Shown here piece by piece: positions 8,253-17,991 of a stretch of DNA of 40,893 bases (position 1 is its first letter; every line of letters begins with the position of its first letter). The position numbers and the translations under genes are program-made. This DNA is from Minisyncoccota bacterium (GTDB taxonomy: Bacteria; Patescibacteriota; Minisyncoccia; Phycocordibacterales; GCA-2747955). The notes beneath the pieces are model-generated. The model worked only from the letters and a program-made list of their open reading frames with translations, made no database searches and was not told where the DNA came from. The stretch covers positions 1 to 40,893 of the forward strand of contig JAHDDI010000007.1 in NCBI GenBank assembly GCA_020629435.1, given 5' to 3'.

Positions 8253-9266
8253 ATGAAACAACAAAAAGAAAACAATTTTTGGACACAACTTAAACAAGAT
8301 AATCCAGAATACATTATGGCGTTAGCCCCCATGGCAGACGTAACAGATAATCCTTTTCGACGCATATTGTCAGAAATCGGTCCACCGACAGTCTACTGGA
8401 ATGAATTTGTGGCAGCCGATGGGTTGGCACATACCGATGCGCGACCTAAATTAGAACGGCTGCTGACATACGAACAAGATCAGAGACCTATTGTGGCGCA
8501 GATATTCTCAGGAGACGCCCAAAATTGCCGTAAAGCAGCCGAATTATGCGTCGAACATGGTTTTGATGGTATCGATATTAATATGGGCTGTCCGGCGCGA
8601 AATATCATTAAACAAGTATCCGGGTCTGAATTGTCTAAACCTGAACATAGGGAACGTGTGCGTGATATTGTCGAACAAACCAGAATCGGAGCAGGAGACG
8701 TTCCGGTCAGTTTAAAAACACGTTTAGGGTTTAATTATATTGATATGGACTGGGTTGAATTTGTGCTTGGTCTACAATTGCCAGTTTTGACACTGCACTT
8801 GCGTACCAAGTCTGAAATGTCCAAAGTACCGGCTCACTGGGAACTAATGACCGAGATACGAGAAATGCGTGACCGCATCAGTCCAGGAACATTACTGTTT
8901 GGTAATGGCGATGTGACATCGGTTGAGCATGGAAAACAGTTGTGTGCAGAGCATGGAATCGATGGGGTGATGGTCGGGCGTGGGTTGTTTACTAACCCAT
9001 GGTTATTTAATGAGTCAATTAATTTAGAAAACGTGACTGTTCCGGAACGCATTGAATTGGCTGTTCGGCACACTGAATATTATGTACAAGAAAATATGAT
9101 CGATGGAGTAATGAATAAAAACTTTAATTTAATGAAAAAGTTTTACAAAGTTTACATAAATGGTTTTCCGGGTGCCAAAGAATTACGAGTCGAAATGATG
9201 AGTGCAAAAAATCTAGACGATGTAAAAACAATTTGCCAGAATTTTCTGGATAATCATGTAGAATAA
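8253..9266 (+). CDS. dus: tRNA-dihydrouridine synthase
   Basis: Motifs LAPMADVT, DINMGCP, GNGDV and GVMVGRG. Confidence 0.93.
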   Translation: MKQQKENNFWTQLKQDNPEYIMALAPMADVTDNPFRRILSEIGPPTVYWNEFVAADGLAHTDARPKLERLLTYEQDQRPIVAQIFSGDAQNCRKAAELCVEHGFDGIDINMGCPARNIIKQVSGSELSKPEHRERVRDIVEQTRIGAGDVPVSLKTRLGFNYIDMDWVEFVLGLQLPVLTLHLRTKSEMSKVPAHWELMTEIREMRDRISPGTLLFGNGDVTSVEHGKQLCAEHGIDGVMVGRGLFTNPWLFNESINLENVTVPERIELAVRHTEYYVQENMIDGVMNKNFNLMKKFYKVYINGFPGAKELRVEMMSAKNLDDVKTICQNFLDNHVE

Positions 9267-9270
9267 ATAT

Positions 9271-9651
9271 ATGAATCACGGAATCGCAGTAAAAGCAGTA
9301 ATAACAAATAGCACAGGGAAAATTTTGATAATGAAGCGTTCGGGTATTTCTGGACATGCAAGTGGCGAGTGGGATATTCCGGGTGGTCGAATTGACCCCG
9401 GCGAAGACCCATTTACTGCACTGAAACGAGAATGTATCGAAGAAGCTGGATTAGGTGTGGAAATAGGAAAGCCACTGGGAGTGAACTACTTTACCCGAGA
9501 TGACGGGCAGATTATTGTAATGATTATTTTTGCTTGCACGGCGCAGTTGCATGATGTGGTAATAAGTGAGGAACATTCTGAATATCAATGGACTGATATT
9601 ACCAAGGCCAAGAAAATGTTACGTTCTGAATTAGCAAAACACATAATTTAA
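9271..9651 (+). CDS. Nudix hydrolase
   Basis: Nudix box GGRIDPGEDPFTALKRECIEEAGL, plus SEEH. Confidence 0.92.
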   Translation: MNHGIAVKAVITNSTGKILIMKRSGISGHASGEWDIPGGRIDPGEDPFTALKRECIEEAGLGVEIGKPLGVNYFTRDDGQIIVMIIFACTAQLHDVVISEEHSEYQWTDITKAKKMLRSELAKHII

Positions 9652-9653
9652 AT

Positions 9654-10307
9654 ATGAGCACATATAATAAAAAACAAGTAATTGATATATGCGATGAATT
9701 AATTTGTCTGCAGTATGCGTATTATTCTACATTACGCAGATCGCCATCACCCTATAGAACAGAGGCATCATTGGAACTGGATATTGAGGCTGAAGAGTTA
9801 CAGAGAGAATCATTAATGGAACACGTTGGCCACTTGCCAATTATTGCGTGTTTTCTGCATCCTTATTTAGAACATACTATTGATTTAGGCAAGGTACTAA
9901 TCATGTTGAGTATCCATGATATCGGAGAAACAATTTTGGGGGATGTGTTTGTGTTGGATAAAACCGACGAAGAAGAAGCTCAAGAGATGGAAGCGGCATT
10001 AACATTGTTGTCTGGTGAGCAAAATGAAATATTTTTGGAATTTGAGAAGCAAGAAAGTCTTGAAGCAAAATTTGCATGGTGTATTGATAAGTTGGCTCCT
10101 AAATTGATAGAAATAACAATGCCGGCGAGAACTGATATGCGTCTTAATGAAATCGGTAGAGCTATAGAAGATTTTACGGTACATGAAAGAGAGAGGTACG
10201 ATTGGTCGCCATTTTTGGCCACTGTGTACGACACACTCATTGAACAGTATATCAATCAAAGAGAAGGAAATAAATTATTGTTTGATGTCTCAAAATACGA
10301 TAAATAA
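9654..10307 (+). CDS. HD-domain phosphohydrolase (YfbR/HDDC2-like)
   Basis: Motifs 'ESLMEH', 'IHDIGETILGD' and 'EAKFAWCIDKL'. Confidence 0.88.
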   Translation: MSTYNKKQVIDICDELICLQYAYYSTLRRSPSPYRTEASLELDIEAEELQRESLMEHVGHLPIIACFLHPYLEHTIDLGKVLIMLSIHDIGETILGDVFVLDKTDEEEAQEMEAALTLLSGEQNEIFLEFEKQESLEAKFAWCIDKLAPKLIEITMPARTDMRLNEIGRAIEDFTVHERERYDWSPFLATVYDTLIEQYINQREGNKLLFDVSKYDK

Positions 10308-10329
10308 AAAACCCCTGAAGGGGATTTTT
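10306..10329. terminator. Bidirectional terminator between the convergent HD gene and rnj
   Basis: aaaaa-cccc-tgaa-gggg-attttt. Confidence 0.65.
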
Positions 10330-10347
10330 ATTATAATTGAAAGCTTG

Positions 10348-12216
10348 CTAGACAACCAACACCACTGGAATAACCACAGGAGTTTTGTTTGTTTCTCGGA
10401 CTAATAGTCGTTCGACTTGTTTGTTCAAATCGTTCTTTAGTCGGTCTACGTCTATTTTGCCTCCTTGGGCTTTACTTATTTCAGTCTCGGTAATTCGTTT
10501 GATCAAACCACGTGCCTGAGACAGTAATGCTTGTGATTCACGCAAGTATACAAATCCACGAGAAATAATATCAGGAGATTTCTGCATTACTTTTTTGCCA
10601 ACATTAATTGAAACCACGATGACAAATATTCCGTCTTTAGACAGTGCCTGTCGGTCGGAAATGATTGTTGGGTTCATTGGGCTAACGGTAAATCCGTCTA
10701 CGAACAATGGATTACCGGGCGCTTTTACCTTTAATAATTGCACATCGTCTTTAGACTTAATTTCTAGAATCCCACCATCATCCGGGATGAAAGTGTTTTC
10801 AATTGGGATACCAGATTGTACGGCCAGATTCCGGTGCTGTTTAAGCATAGAGTGATATCCGTATGCAGGTGTAAAGAATTTTGCACCAACTTTGTTGATG
10901 ATCCACTTTAGTTCTTCTTCGTTACCGTGACCAGTCGAGTGGACTTGTTTAATTTTTGTGTGAATGATTTTACAGTCTTTTCGCCATAGCAGGTCAAACA
11001 ATCCACGTACTTGGTTTTCGTTACCTGGGATCACAGACGAACTGAATACGATGGTGTCTCGGTTTGTGATGTGAATGTCCTTGTGATCGTCACGTGCCAT
11101 ACGTGGCAGTGCCGCAAAGTGTTCTCCCTGACCACCAGTACATAAAACCACAATACGGTCAGCAGGATAGTCTTTGATATCAGCTGAGGTAATAATTGTC
11201 CCATCTTTTGGTGTAAAGTAGCCAGCTAATCGTGCAATTTCTAAGTTTACTTTCATTGACCGTCCTTCGAGTACTACTTTTTTACCAAGATTTTCAGCAG
11301 TCTTGATGAATTCAATCATTCGTCTAAAGTGCGACGCAAAACAAGCAATAATCACTCGTGATGGTGCTTCGGTAATAATATTTGCAACTGTTTCGTGAAT
11401 AATCGGTTCAGGTAGTGACCATCCTGGGTTTTCACAGTTTGTCGAGTCTGAGACCAACAATAGGTTGTCCTCTGATTCTACTTGTCGCCACTGCTCGACC
11501 TCGTAAGGTACGGGTACGCCGTCCTTGTGTTCTAGTTTGATGTCTCCGGTAATGATGATGTTTCCGTGTTTTGTTCGTAGTGACGTCCCAATACATTCAG
11601 GAATACTGTGCGAAACAGGGAAGAAAAAGAATTCTGATTCACCAATTCGATGAGTCGAGAAGTCATCAACAACCGCGATATCAATCTTTGGTACATCAGG
11701 AAATTCTTCCATTCGTTTTTGGATCATCAGTGCAGTTAAGTTTCGAGTATAGATTGGCGGGTTTCCTAATCGTTCAATTAAGAATGGAATTCCTCCAATG
11801 TGGTCCAAGTGGGCGTGAGTAATAATAGCCGCTCGGATTTTGTCTTTTCGTTCTTCAAGATAGCTAATGTTTGGAAGTGAATAGTCAATTCCAGGTGCAT
11901 CTGTGTCAGAGGTAAATTCAAAACCAATATCAAAAATAAAGATATCTTTTTTGGTCTCTACTGCGAACATGTTTCGTCCGACTTCTTCGACTCCACCTAG
12001 ATAGATTACACGCACGTCATCGTCTCCTTCAATGTTCGGCACTACTTTTTTTTCTGCACGAATCATTGGGGACATACCGCCACGTCGGTGTTTTTCATAT
12101 TTTTTTGGAAACTTTCGTTTCTGTGGTCCAGAACGTTTTTGTTGGTTCTGAGAACTTGGTTTCTTGCCATCCGTAGATGCAAGAGATTTTAGTTCAAATT
12201 CATTTGTATTTGTCAT
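10348..12216 (-). CDS. rnj: Ribonuclease J
   Basis: 'LGGVEEVGRN', HAHLDH metallo-beta-lactamase motif, HSIPE, DSTN, HSTGH, 'PDIISRGFVY', and a basic N-terminal extension. Confidence 0.95.
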   Translation of the reverse strand: MTNTNEFELKSLASTDGKKPSSQNQQKRSGPQKRKFPKKYEKHRRGGMSPMIRAEKKVVPNIEGDDDVRVIYLGGVEEVGRNMFAVETKKDIFIFDIGFEFTSDTDAPGIDYSLPNISYLEERKDKIRAAIITHAHLDHIGGIPFLIERLGNPPIYTRNLTALMIQKRMEEFPDVPKIDIAVVDDFSTHRIGESEFFFFPVSHSIPECIGTSLRTKHGNIIITGDIKLEHKDGVPVPYEVEQWRQVESEDNLLLVSDSTNCENPGWSLPEPIIHETVANIITEAPSRVIIACFASHFRRMIEFIKTAENLGKKVVLEGRSMKVNLEIARLAGYFTPKDGTIITSADIKDYPADRIVVLCTGGQGEHFAALPRMARDDHKDIHITNRDTIVFSSSVIPGNENQVRGLFDLLWRKDCKIIHTKIKQVHSTGHGNEEELKWIINKVGAKFFTPAYGYHSMLKQHRNLAVQSGIPIENTFIPDDGGILEIKSKDDVQLLKVKAPGNPLFVDGFTVSPMNPTIISDRQALSKDGIFVIVVSINVGKKVMQKSPDIISRGFVYLRESQALLSQARGLIKRITETEISKAQGGKIDVDRLKNDLNKQVERLLVRETNKTPVVIPVVLVV

Positions 12217-12303
12217 AATAATTTAGTTAGTTTCTTTGCGTCATTGCGCAAATATCAAACAATAACGATGTTACAAGCTGATATTTGCGAATGAGGTATA
12301 GAT

Positions 12304-13989
12304 TTAGTTTATAAAATAGGGAAGTAATAATTCTGTATCAATGTACCAGTTTTCGATGTATCTGAATCTGTCAGTAGCAAATTCAAGATCATCAAATGCT
12401 GTGTTTTGAATTGACTTATCAATTGCATAGATAAAGTCAGGACTGAACATAAACACTGCGGGTATATCATCAGTTATTTCTTGTTGTAGATTTTTATAAT
12501 CTTGTTGGACCTTAGAGGTGTCAGATGAATCAGATATAAGTCTCTCGAGAATTGCGTCGACTGTTTTGTTGTTGTAGCCAGCAATATTTACACCAGGGTC
12601 TTCGATACCCGAACTGTGCCAAAAGGCATGTAATTGTTGCGGGTCATTAATAATCTGCCCAAACAAAAGCGTCTCAAAGTCTCGACGTCTAATTACTGAA
12701 TTTATTATTTCATTTTCATCCACAGCAATAATTTCAACTGCAACGTTGATCGCCGATAGTTGTTCTTTGATTAGTTCAGATGTTTTAACAAGCTCAGCAA
12801 CATCGGGTGTATGAATGGTGAATGATAGCTCGACTTCGTCTTTAGAGCGAATATTGTTTTCTTGTAATGTCCAACCTGCATCGTCTAATTGTTTGTTGAT
12901 TTCTGCTGCTGTGATTTCGTCACGTGACTCTGCAGTGTAGTAGTCGCTTATTTTTGGGAGCGGCCCATTTGCTACCTGTGCACGTGAAAAAAATATTCTT
13001 CCGATTATGTCCGATGGGTCTATGGCATTGTTTATAGCAGTCCGCACATCTCTGTCTTCAAAAATTGGGTTTGTTTTTTCATTAAAAAATAGTGAAAAGA
13101 CACGAGAAAGCGGACTTGTTAAAATATTTTTTTGATCAAGTGTTTTATCTAAAAGCAGTAATTCTTGTGCGCTGATGTTTGCCATATTGTCTATCAAACC
13201 TGATTCAAAGGCAGACAGTGCGCTTTGTTGATCAGGAAAAAATTTTATCTCGATTGCTTCAATAAATGGTTCAATCTTGTTGTCACGATAGGCAGATAGC
13301 ACATAAGAAGAGATTCGTTGTTCTCGGTCACGACTAACAGAATCAATGAAATATGGACCAGTACCTATAGGTGATATGTTTTTTTCTGCAAAAGGAAATT
13401 CTTCTCGAGAAATATTCGACCATTCGTCTTGGGATAAAATACCGATTGTTAGGTTTTCTGCAAAATTTTCATTGGATGTTTCAGTAGTGAATACAATAGT
13501 ATTTTCACCTTCCTGAGAAATATTTACATTATTTAGTCTTGCAAAATACGGCGACTTAATAAGTGGGTCCTGAATAAGTGAATAAGTGAATAAAATGTCT
13601 TCGACAGTAACGGGAGAGCCATCGTGGAATTTTGAATTAGTATCAAGAGTAACCTTGTGTTCAGTAAATTCGTCGTTAGTTGTGTAATTTGATGCTAGTG
13701 AATTTTTGTATCCACCAGTTACTTTTCTGGATAATAAACCTGAAAACAATAATTGTGTCATGTCCCGGTCAGTTTGAGATTGAGCCAAAACAGGATTAAC
13801 AAAACGGGGATACCCAACGAGCCCTTCACTGAATGACCCTGATTGGACAGGGACACTAACCAGATAATTTGACGAGAAAGAGCCAACAGTTACAAAACTG
13901 ATTATTAAAAATGCAGCAAGATAAAGAGACCTTCTTTTTCGGTACTTAAAAATTTGTTTTAATATTTGTGTTATTGAGTGTGTGTCCAT
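12304..13989 (-). CDS. Family 5 (peptide/nickel) ABC substrate-binding protein, membrane anchored
   Basis: 'NPVLA', 'LLFSGL', 'KFHDGSPVTVEDILFTY', 'PIGTGPY' and 'VRTAINNAID'. Confidence 0.9.
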   Translation of the reverse strand: MDTHSITQILKQIFKYRKRRSLYLAAFLIISFVTVGSFSSNYLVSVPVQSGSFSEGLVGYPRFVNPVLAQSQTDRDMTQLLFSGLLSRKVTGGYKNSLASNYTTNDEFTEHKVTLDTNSKFHDGSPVTVEDILFTYSLIQDPLIKSPYFARLNNVNISQEGENTIVFTTETSNENFAENLTIGILSQDEWSNISREEFPFAEKNISPIGTGPYFIDSVSRDREQRISSYVLSAYRDNKIEPFIEAIEIKFFPDQQSALSAFESGLIDNMANISAQELLLLDKTLDQKNILTSPLSRVFSLFFNEKTNPIFEDRDVRTAINNAIDPSDIIGRIFFSRAQVANGPLPKISDYYTAESRDEITAAEINKQLDDAGWTLQENNIRSKDEVELSFTIHTPDVAELVKTSELIKEQLSAINVAVEIIAVDENEIINSVIRRRDFETLLFGQIINDPQQLHAFWHSSGIEDPGVNIAGYNNKTVDAILERLISDSSDTSKVQQDYKNLQQEITDDIPAVFMFSPDFIYAIDKSIQNTAFDDLEFATDRFRYIENWYIDTELLLPYFIN

Positions 13990-14015
13990 AGAAAAAATCT
14001 ACGGGAATTATAGTT

Positions 14016-14240
14016 CTAGACGAACAGAGCAAGAATACTTGAAGCAGCAAATAAAATACCTAAAACAATTGTTGTTTGAAGTAGTACTTTGTCACTTCCT
14101 CGTCGAGTGTTTTTTATCGCATCGTCACTTCCTCCTCCTAAGACACCAATACTTGCAGAACTTTGCTGAAGCAAAACGCAGATGATGATTAGTACCGAAA
14201 GTACAATTTGGATAATAGATAATGTTGAACTTAATTCCAT
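14016..14240 (-). CDS. secG: Preprotein translocase subunit SecG
   Basis: 74 aa with two TM helices, 'VLLQQSSASIGVLGGG' and 'TRRGSDKVL..TT'. Confidence 0.92.
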   Translation of the reverse strand: MELSSTLSIIQIVLSVLIIICVLLQQSSASIGVLGGGSDDAIKNTRRGSDKVLLQTTIVLGILFAASSILALFV

Positions 14241-14303
14241 AGTGACCAGAATAATAGCAGATAATTTTTTCTCTGCAATGGGGAAATCTTTATGGACTAG
14301 ATT

Positions 14304-14312
14304 TGTTATAAT
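14304..14312 (+). promoter_or_regulatory. Extended -10 promoter (TGtTATAAT), leaderless geometry
   Basis: 6 nt to the ATG at 14319. Confidence 0.75.
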
Positions 14313-14318
14313 CTCGAA

Positions 14319-14870
14319 ATGAAAATAACACTAGGAGGACTTGGAGGAACAGGAACATCGACTGTGGGTCGGATGATGGCAAAAAAACTTGGCTATGATT
14401 TTATGTCAGGAGGTAACATGTTTAGGCAAGCAGCACTCGAGAACAATATGACTATGGAGGAATTTGATGCGTACACCAAAGAGAATGCTCAATTTCGTGT
14501 TGATGAGGTTATTGATGACAAACTCAAAGAATATGGATGTAGTAATGATGACTTCATTCTTGAGTCAAAATTAGGCTGGTGGCAAGTTCCCGATAGTTTA
14601 AAAATTTTATTTACTGCTGACGCAGATGTGAGAGCGCGACGCATTATGGGTGATACTGATGAAAACAGAATTGCGTACACGACAGATGATTTTGAAAAAA
14701 CAAAGCAAAAAACAGCGGACAGGAACGAGGTGCACCGGTTACGAATAAAAGAAATTTACGGAATTGAGGATATGTTTTCAGCAGAACATTATGATTATGT
14801 TATTGACACGACGCTCTTGTCTCAAGAAGAAGTAGTTGATGAGCTTGTAGATTTAGTTTCACGATCGTAA
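14319..14870 (+). CDS. cmk: Archaeal-type cytidylate kinase
   Basis: P-loop GLGGTGTST, 'SGGNMFRQ', 'ILESKL', 'YGI' and 'YDYVIDT'. Confidence 0.85.
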   Translation: MKITLGGLGGTGTSTVGRMMAKKLGYDFMSGGNMFRQAALENNMTMEEFDAYTKENAQFRVDEVIDDKLKEYGCSNDDFILESKLGWWQVPDSLKILFTADADVRARRIMGDTDENRIAYTTDDFEKTKQKTADRNEVHRLRIKEIYGIEDMFSAEHYDYVIDTTLLSQEEVVDELVDLVSRS

Positions 14871-14892
14871 AAATTGTACATGCAAGATATTT

Positions 14893-14922
14893 ACATAAAA
14901 CGCACAGCAGTGCGTTTTATGT
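14893..14922 (+). terminator. Intrinsic terminator after cmk
   Basis: Perfect 13-bp stem acataaaacgcac-agca-gtgcgttttatgt. Confidence 0.85.
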
Positions 14923-14972
14923 TTGTTGAAAAACAGGAACTTTCAGAATAGTTGCAGTGGTATACTGAATAC

Positions 14973-17945
14973 ATGACACAAGCAGATATAGCTATTTTTG
15001 ACCAACTATATGGTCAATTAAATAAAAACCAAAAGCTGGCCGTTGACACTATTGAAGGCCCAGTGACTGTTCAAGCGGGACCAGGAACAGGTAAAACCCA
15101 GGTTTTAACTTTGCGAATAGCAAACATTATGCGCATACAGGGTTCTGATATGGCAGACAGAATACTGGCCCTGACTTTTACTAATGCGGGTGTAAGTGCC
15201 ATGCGGAGTCGTCTGGCATCAATTATTGGCTCTGACGCGTACAGGGTAAATATTTTTACTTTTCATTCACTCTCAGAACATGTCATTAAGAATCATAGTG
15301 ATTATTTTTTAGACCACTTGGAATCAACCGCTTTGACTGATACAGAAAGACTACAAATTGCAGAACATATTTTAACTTCGGGAGACTACAATATCATGAA
15401 GCCGTTTGGAGCAAAAACTTTCTATGTAAAAACCGCACTTGCGGCAGTAGATGAGCTGAAACGTGACGCGTTTACTCCTGAGTCATTTTTAGAATGGAAC
15501 GAAGAGTATAAAGTTTCAGTTCTTGCAGACGAAGACAGCTACTATAAACGCAACGGAAAAGGGTTCAGTAAGGGAGACCTCAAAAAGGATGTACTAAAAA
15601 GTTATGAAAAAAACCTTGAGCTGGGTAAATTCTATACTGATTATCAGCAGCAGTTAGTAAATAACAAAAAATACGATTATACGGATATGATTATATTGGC
15701 AAACAACGCTATAGAGTCCAATCCGGACCTTTTGTACGACCTGCAAGAACAATATCAATATATATTATTAGATGAACACCAGGATACCAATACAGCACAA
15801 AATCATTTGGTGTCGCTACTTGCTAACGCCGAGCATTTAAATGGACGACCAAACTTGTTTACTGTAGGAGACGACAAACAAGCGATTTATAGATTCCAAG
15901 GTGCGTCAATAGAAAATTTTACAAATTTTGAAACTGCATTCAGCGATGTCGTTACTGTGTCTCTTCAGGATAATTATCGATCCGGTCAATCAATACTTGA
16001 TAATTCTCACGAGTTAATCTCTGCTAATTCTCAACGAGAACACACAAAACTAGAATCTCACTCATCTGATGCAACTGTATCAGTGGACGAGTTTATTGAT
16101 TATGAAACCGAATTAGATTTTGTGGCAAGTAAAATTGCAGAATTAGAAAAAACGGGAGTTTCATACGGTGAAATGGCGATACTGTATCGTGAAAACAAAA
16201 ATACTATAGAGATTAAAAAGGCACTTGGCCAGCATAGTATTCCGTCGGTGGTAATGGCAAGAGAAGATATATTGCATACACCACTTGCACAAAAGTTACT
16301 GTTGTTGTTGCGAGTAATAAATAATTTACATGACAACGCATCTGTTACTAAACTTCTATATTCTGATTTATTTAATATTCATCCATATGATGTAACAAGA
16401 ATAATTAGTGAAACACGCAAATCGGATTCAGATAAAAATATTTTTTCATTAATTTCAAATAAAGAAACAATTGCGTCATTGGATTTAAAAACAGACAAGG
16501 CGATATTTGAATGCTCAGAGAAAATAACAGACTCGATTACTCTGTTTGAGAATGACTCTTTTTTGCCAGCACTTGATCGTGTCATGCATAAAATCGGATT
16601 CATGAGTCAGATGCTGGCAGACGTCAATTCACAACAATTGTTGTCCGTGTACGACCGCCTTTATCAAGAATTTAAAAAGGTCGTTGCAAGTAATCAAAAA
16701 TCAGGTGTCAACGACATATTAAAGCATATAGATACCCTGGAGGATTACGGGGTAACAATTGATGCTCCAGCACAAGACCATTTAGATGGTGTGCGACTTT
16801 TAACAGCACATGGATCGAAAGGTCTGGAATACGAGTATGTATTTGTGACTAATCTTGTAGATAAAGTATGGGGAAACAAAAAACGCATGAAGCAGTTTTC
16901 ATTACCAACAATGTTTAGTTCTGGAGACAATGATGATGAGAGACGACTACTGTATGTTGCAATGACTCGTGCCAAAAAAGGAGCATATTTAACATATGCA
17001 CAAACCGGATCAGATGGGCGAGTGCGGGACCCATCAATGTTTCTCTATGACGTACCTGAGTATCAAAACGTATTGAAACATACGACCCCAATCGAACTGT
17101 CTCACAAACACAAACCCGTTGCAGTCTTTGAGCACAGTATTTTTAATGACGACTTTATCCAAAAAATTTTTCTTAAGCGACCGTTGTCTGTAACTGCTCT
17201 TAATAATTATCTGGATTGCCCTGGCCGTTATTTCGTAAACAACTTACTACAGGTCCCTGCGTCATACTCTCGGTCGCTAGTGTATGGGTCAGTAATACAT
17301 GCAGCCCTTGAAAAATTCTTTACTCGATCAAAAACCCACAAAAAACTGTTGGGCGTATCTGATCTATTAGACGCATTTACGGCTGAATTGTCTCGGCAGT
17401 ATCTCTCGCAACAAGAACATGCCGACTTATTACAAAAAGGATTAGAGAGTCTGACAAACTATTACGAACAGCAAATTCCGCACATGTCTATTGATATCGA
17501 TACTGAGTTCCGAATTCCTGGTGTGAACTTTACCCTGGAGACGGGGGATATATGGGTACTTACAGGGGCTCTCGACAAAATTGAGTATACAGAAAATGAT
17601 AATCATGTAATCGTACATGATTACAAAACCGGAAAACCTTTTTCCGAAAAAAACAAAGAACAAAAAATTGCACTTGAAAGACAGATAGCGTTTTATAAAT
17701 TATTACTATCATTGCACAGGGATGGTATGTATCAGATGGATTCGGGTGTGTTGGATTTTGTTGAAGCAAGCAAGAAGGGGGAAATGGAGCAACACAGCAT
17801 TGTTGTATCGCAACAACAGTCATCTGAGCTTTGTGATTCAATTAATCAAATACATAGAGAGGTTCAGGAGGGGGTCAGCTTTCTGGATAAACGGTGTAAC
17901 AAACCTGATTGTGATGCATGCCAACTGCTTAAAATTTTGAATTAA
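14973..17945 (+). CDS. UvrD/Rep-family helicase fused to a C-terminal PD-(D/E)xK (RecB-type) nuclease
   Basis: AGPGTGKT, LTFTN, LLDEHQD, VGDDKQAIYRFQGA, NYRS, TAHGSKGLE, YVAMTRAK and nuclease 'GALDKI...DYKTG'. The start is placed at ATG 14973, 6 nt after TGgTATACT (14958-14966). Confidence 0.92.
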   Translation: MTQADIAIFDQLYGQLNKNQKLAVDTIEGPVTVQAGPGTGKTQVLTLRIANIMRIQGSDMADRILALTFTNAGVSAMRSRLASIIGSDAYRVNIFTFHSLSEHVIKNHSDYFLDHLESTALTDTERLQIAEHILTSGDYNIMKPFGAKTFYVKTALAAVDELKRDAFTPESFLEWNEEYKVSVLADEDSYYKRNGKGFSKGDLKKDVLKSYEKNLELGKFYTDYQQQLVNNKKYDYTDMIILANNAIESNPDLLYDLQEQYQYILLDEHQDTNTAQNHLVSLLANAEHLNGRPNLFTVGDDKQAIYRFQGASIENFTNFETAFSDVVTVSLQDNYRSGQSILDNSHELISANSQREHTKLESHSSDATVSVDEFIDYETELDFVASKIAELEKTGVSYGEMAILYRENKNTIEIKKALGQHSIPSVVMAREDILHTPLAQKLLLLLRVINNLHDNASVTKLLYSDLFNIHPYDVTRIISETRKSDSDKNIFSLISNKETIASLDLKTDKAIFECSEKITDSITLFENDSFLPALDRVMHKIGFMSQMLADVNSQQLLSVYDRLYQEFKKVVASNQKSGVNDILKHIDTLEDYGVTIDAPAQDHLDGVRLLTAHGSKGLEYEYVFVTNLVDKVWGNKKRMKQFSLPTMFSSGDNDDERRLLYVAMTRAKKGAYLTYAQTGSDGRVRDPSMFLYDVPEYQNVLKHTTPIELSHKHKPVAVFEHSIFNDDFIQKIFLKRPLSVTALNNYLDCPGRYFVNNLLQVPASYSRSLVYGSVIHAALEKFFTRSKTHKKLLGVSDLLDAFTAELSRQYLSQQEHADLLQKGLESLTNYYEQQIPHMSIDIDTEFRIPGVNFTLETGDIWVLTGALDKIEYTENDNHVIVHDYKTGKPFSEKNKEQKIALERQIAFYKLLLSLHRDGMYQMDSGVLDFVEASKKGEMEQHSIVVSQQQSSELCDSINQIHREVQEGVSFLDKRCNKPDCDACQLLKILN

Positions 17946-17976
17946 TAAAAGACTACCAGATGGTAGTCTTTTATTA
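17943..17976. terminator. Bidirectional terminator between the helicase and dsbA
   Basis: Perfect inverted repeat taataaaagactacca/tggtagtcttttatta. Confidence 0.85.
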
Positions 17977-17991
17977 TGGATTACAAAAGGA

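Noticed and set aside
14319..14360. P-loop lacking Lys (GTGTST) as a sign of an inactive kinase
   Set aside because: Thr at this position occurs in archaeal-type cytidylate kinases.
14973..17945. Helicase-nuclease as an anti-phage defence system
   Set aside because: It stands alone among housekeeping genes with no defence partners, so a repair role is more parsimonious.
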